Virus record (IMG/VR): IMGVR_UViG_2693429557_000018
Length of the DNA stretch: 8,225 nt
Direction: 5' to 3' (one strand)
Source of the DNA: a virus
Lineage: Duplodnaviria; Heunggongvirae; Uroviricota; Caudoviricetes
The translations under genes and the position numbers were made by a program. Below, one piece after another: positions 6,646 to 8,225 of the stretch (the first letter of the stretch is position 1; each line of letters starts with the position of its first letter). The notes beneath the pieces are model-generated. The model did not search any database. It was not told where the DNA came from and saw only the letters and a program-made list of their open reading frames with translations.

Positions 6646-6650
6646 TATCC

Positions 6651-6962
6651 TCAGAAGGGTAGTTCCCCCTGATCACAGAACCAATCACCTTCTTCACTGC
6701 TTTGATTCATCCGGTACTCAGCAGATAGATATGCTAACCCATCAATAACACTTATTAGTGGTGTTTCACAGGTAAGTACAAAACAATCTCTCTCTATAGT
6801 ACCTAACCAGTATTCCCTGTACTGATTCTGGAAGAATACCCTATCCCCATAATGAAATTCTGTTAGTGCAGATCCCCAATAACACACGGTTGCCCAGCGA
6901 CCGTTATGTGAGAACTTCTGAACCCCTCGCGTAATGGATGGATCATAGCCGTCTTTGCTCAT
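6651..6962 (-). CDS. Hypothetical protein (103 aa), probably SOS (LexA) regulated
   Basis: Minus-strand ORF with strong RBS (GAGGAGGG, about 6 nt spacing) and a near-consensus LexA box 22 nt upstream of the ATG; visibly higher GC than the upstream cargo. No recognisable motif in the product. Confidence 0.6.
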   Translation of the reverse strand: MSKDGYDPSITRGVQKFSHNGRWATVCYWGSALTEFHYGDRVFFQNQYREYWLGTIERDCFVLTCETPLISVIDGLAYLSAEYRMNQSSEEGDWFCDQGELPF

Positions 6963-6983
6963 TTGTTACCCTCCTCTATGTAT

Positions 6984-7003
6984 TACTGTATATATGTACA
7001 GTA
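6984..7003. promoter_or_regulatory. LexA (SOS) box, gammaproteobacterial type
   Basis: TACTGTATATATGTACAGTA = CTGT-N8-ACAG, 19 of 20 matches to the E. coli consensus TACTGTATATATATACAGTA; sits in the promoter region of the 6651..6962 minus-strand gene and in the divergent intergenic region. Confidence 0.7.
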
Positions 7004-7072
7004 TTGCAGTCAGTTTCCCAAAAATCCAGCACCCCTTTGTTTACCACTTTGAATGATTAATTCTATTGTAAT

Positions 7073-7089
7073 GATCAATAAAATTGATC
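7073..7089. promoter_or_regulatory. GATC-containing palindromic operator-like site (GATCAAT-aaa-ATTGATC), with a third related half-site downstream
   Basis: Perfect 7-bp inverted repeat with 3-bp spacer at 7073-7089; AATGATCAAT is repeated at 7070-7079 and 7113-7122; three GATC sites within about 47 bp, upstream of the 7155..7706 gene. Confidence 0.3.
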
Positions 7090-7154
7090 TATTTAATTGC
7101 CAATGTTTTAAAAATGATCAATTATCAATAACTTAAAGCGTAACGAGCAAAGTT

Positions 7155-7706
7155 ATGAACATTGATAATTGGGCAATACCGATAACAAGTTTGGGTGGTC
7201 AGTTGCTGGGGGTTGAGTTGGTCAGCCATGTAGAACGCGAGGGAATCAGGCAGATCGGCCTATGGGAAGAAGAAGTACTTCATGGGCAACTAATGCTTAT
7301 TGAAAGCAAGGCGGCATGGTTCAGGGATAACGGTTTGTATTGTGTGATTACTACTGGCCGTGGTGAACCATACGAGTACTTACCATTCCTTCGGCAGATG
7401 ACAAGGGATATGAAAGTACATAACCAGCAGTGGCTTGATGATCTCGGTGTACATGGTGGTTCTGCTATTCCTCTGGTTACAGGTGATTTCGAGGTTGCCC
7501 GATTAAATAGAAGGTACACAGAAGAGAACATTGACCGTCTGATCTTTCCAGTACTCATAAAAAGCATTCGCCAGTACTGCGAGAAGGTGATCGTACCCGT
7601 CAGAGATAAAACGTATTACCCAATTCTCAGAGAGGCCGGTGTATGGGCGGTACAGGGAGAGTTCAGGCCAATGCGTTTTGAGCAATGTGAAAAATTAATA
7701 GGATAA
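7155..7706 (+). CDS. Degenerate EAL-like domain protein (183 aa), probably catalytically inactive
   Basis: Motifs resembling the EAL fold in the right order: GVELVSH in place of the EAL motif, LDDLGVHGGS resembling DDFGTGYSS, GVWAVQGEFRPMRF resembling the QG-x-x-F-x-P C-terminal motif. The domain is shorter than a canonical EAL domain and key residues look substituted. Pattern match by eye only. Confidence 0.5.
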   Translation: MNIDNWAIPITSLGGQLLGVELVSHVEREGIRQIGLWEEEVLHGQLMLIESKAAWFRDNGLYCVITTGRGEPYEYLPFLRQMTRDMKVHNQQWLDDLGVHGGSAIPLVTGDFEVARLNRRYTEENIDRLIFPVLIKSIRQYCEKVIVPVRDKTYYPILREAGVWAVQGEFRPMRFEQCEKLIG

Positions 7707-7711
7707 CAATA

Positions 7712-8074
7712 ATGAAAAAATTACTAATTGGGTTACTGATTGCCCTTAGTACTGGATGTACTACTACGCACAGCTTCATGGATAAAGCTTACGTTGGCTA
7801 TGTAGATGACAAGGCCGTAGTACTGTTTGATGCAGGAACACGTAATGGGGTGAAGTACTACCGTCCTCAGTTCCAGAGTGATTGCGGTCGCATCTATAAC
7901 AAGATCTATCATGATGACAATACAAGTACTGGATGCCTCATACGAGATTCCCGCATTGCTGAACTACATCCCTATAGAGAGCATGTAAGTAAGGTAGTAC
8001 CACATCAGACCGATAGTGTTCACGATTGGTTAGAAGGGGTCAATTCACCATCCCATATCCTCGACAATCTATAG
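7712..8074 (+). CDS. Probable lipoprotein (120 aa)
   Basis: Signal peptide MKKLLIGLLIALSTGC with lipobox-like LSTGC (Cys at +1); starts 5 nt after the EAL-like gene stop with AGGAT RBS, so probably in the same operon. Confidence 0.65.
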   Translation: MKKLLIGLLIALSTGCTTTHSFMDKAYVGYVDDKAVVLFDAGTRNGVKYYRPQFQSDCGRIYNKIYHDDNTSTGCLIRDSRIAELHPYREHVSKVVPHQTDSVHDWLEGVNSPSHILDNL

Positions 8075-8081
8075 GGTACGT

Positions 8082-8225
8082 ATGGGAAAGGTAATGGTGA
8101 TTTTGTTAGTACTGGCTGGGGTACTCTTCAACATTGCAGGTGAGGATGCACCCCAGCCACAGTACACGGACAATGAGTGGATTTGCCCCTATATTTCCAG
8201 ACATCTGTTATCACTTAACCCATTA
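8082..8225 (+). CDS. 3'-truncated ORF with a hydrophobic N-terminus (signal peptide or membrane anchor)
   Basis: ATG at 8082 (second in-frame ATG at 8094) starts 7 nt after the lipoprotein stop; translation MGKVMVILLVLAGVLFNIAGEDAPQPQYTDNEWICPYISRHLLSLNPL runs open to the window end. Confidence 0.4.
   Translation, partial: MGKVMVILLVLAGVLFNIAGEDAPQPQYTDNEWICPYISRHLLSLNPL

Noticed and set aside
6434-6748. 104-aa ORF on the plus strand
   Set aside because: Overlaps the ends of two minus-strand genes and runs through the 14-bp inverted repeat; no RBS; likely spurious.
7280-7685. Two minus-strand ORFs (7280..7567 and 7503..7685)
   Set aside because: Both antisense within the EAL-like gene, which has recognisable domain motifs.
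1-8225. CRISPR array or rRNA genes
   Set aside because: No regularly spaced direct repeats of CRISPR size and no rRNA-like conserved segments were seen.

Overview
This 8.2-kb window reads as two parts. From about 1 to 6500 it is AT-rich and looks like phage or mobile-element cargo: the C-terminal zinc-ribbon/coiled-coil portion of a large serine recombinase (N-terminal catalytic domain not encoded in frame here), several small ORFs, a ribbon-helix-helix-like protein translationally coupled to a small acidic protein, a NUMOD4/HNH homing endonuclease, a ~460-bp repeat-rich non-coding region, a stand-alone HNH nuclease with an unrecognised N-terminal domain, and two membrane-anchored hypothetical proteins in convergent orientation. 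From about 6650 to the end it is visibly more GC-balanced and host-like: a small gene behind a near-consensus LexA (SOS) box, transcribed divergently from an operon of a degenerate EAL-like protein, a lipoprotein and a 3'-truncated ORF. I found no rRNA, tRNA or CRISPR array. The strongest unexplained signals are (i) roughly 6-8-fold over-representation of the palindrome AGTACT across the whole window, in several codon frames and in non-coding DNA, (ii) the HNH nuclease locus with its repeat-rich upstream region as a candidate defence module, (iii) the SOS-box gene followed by a perfect 14-bp inverted repeat at the compositional junction, and (iv) two copies of a T7-class promoter core in a convergent intergenic region. 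All product calls come from motif recognition by eye on the supplied translations; no database search, GC calculation or folding was run, and all motif counts are hand counts.
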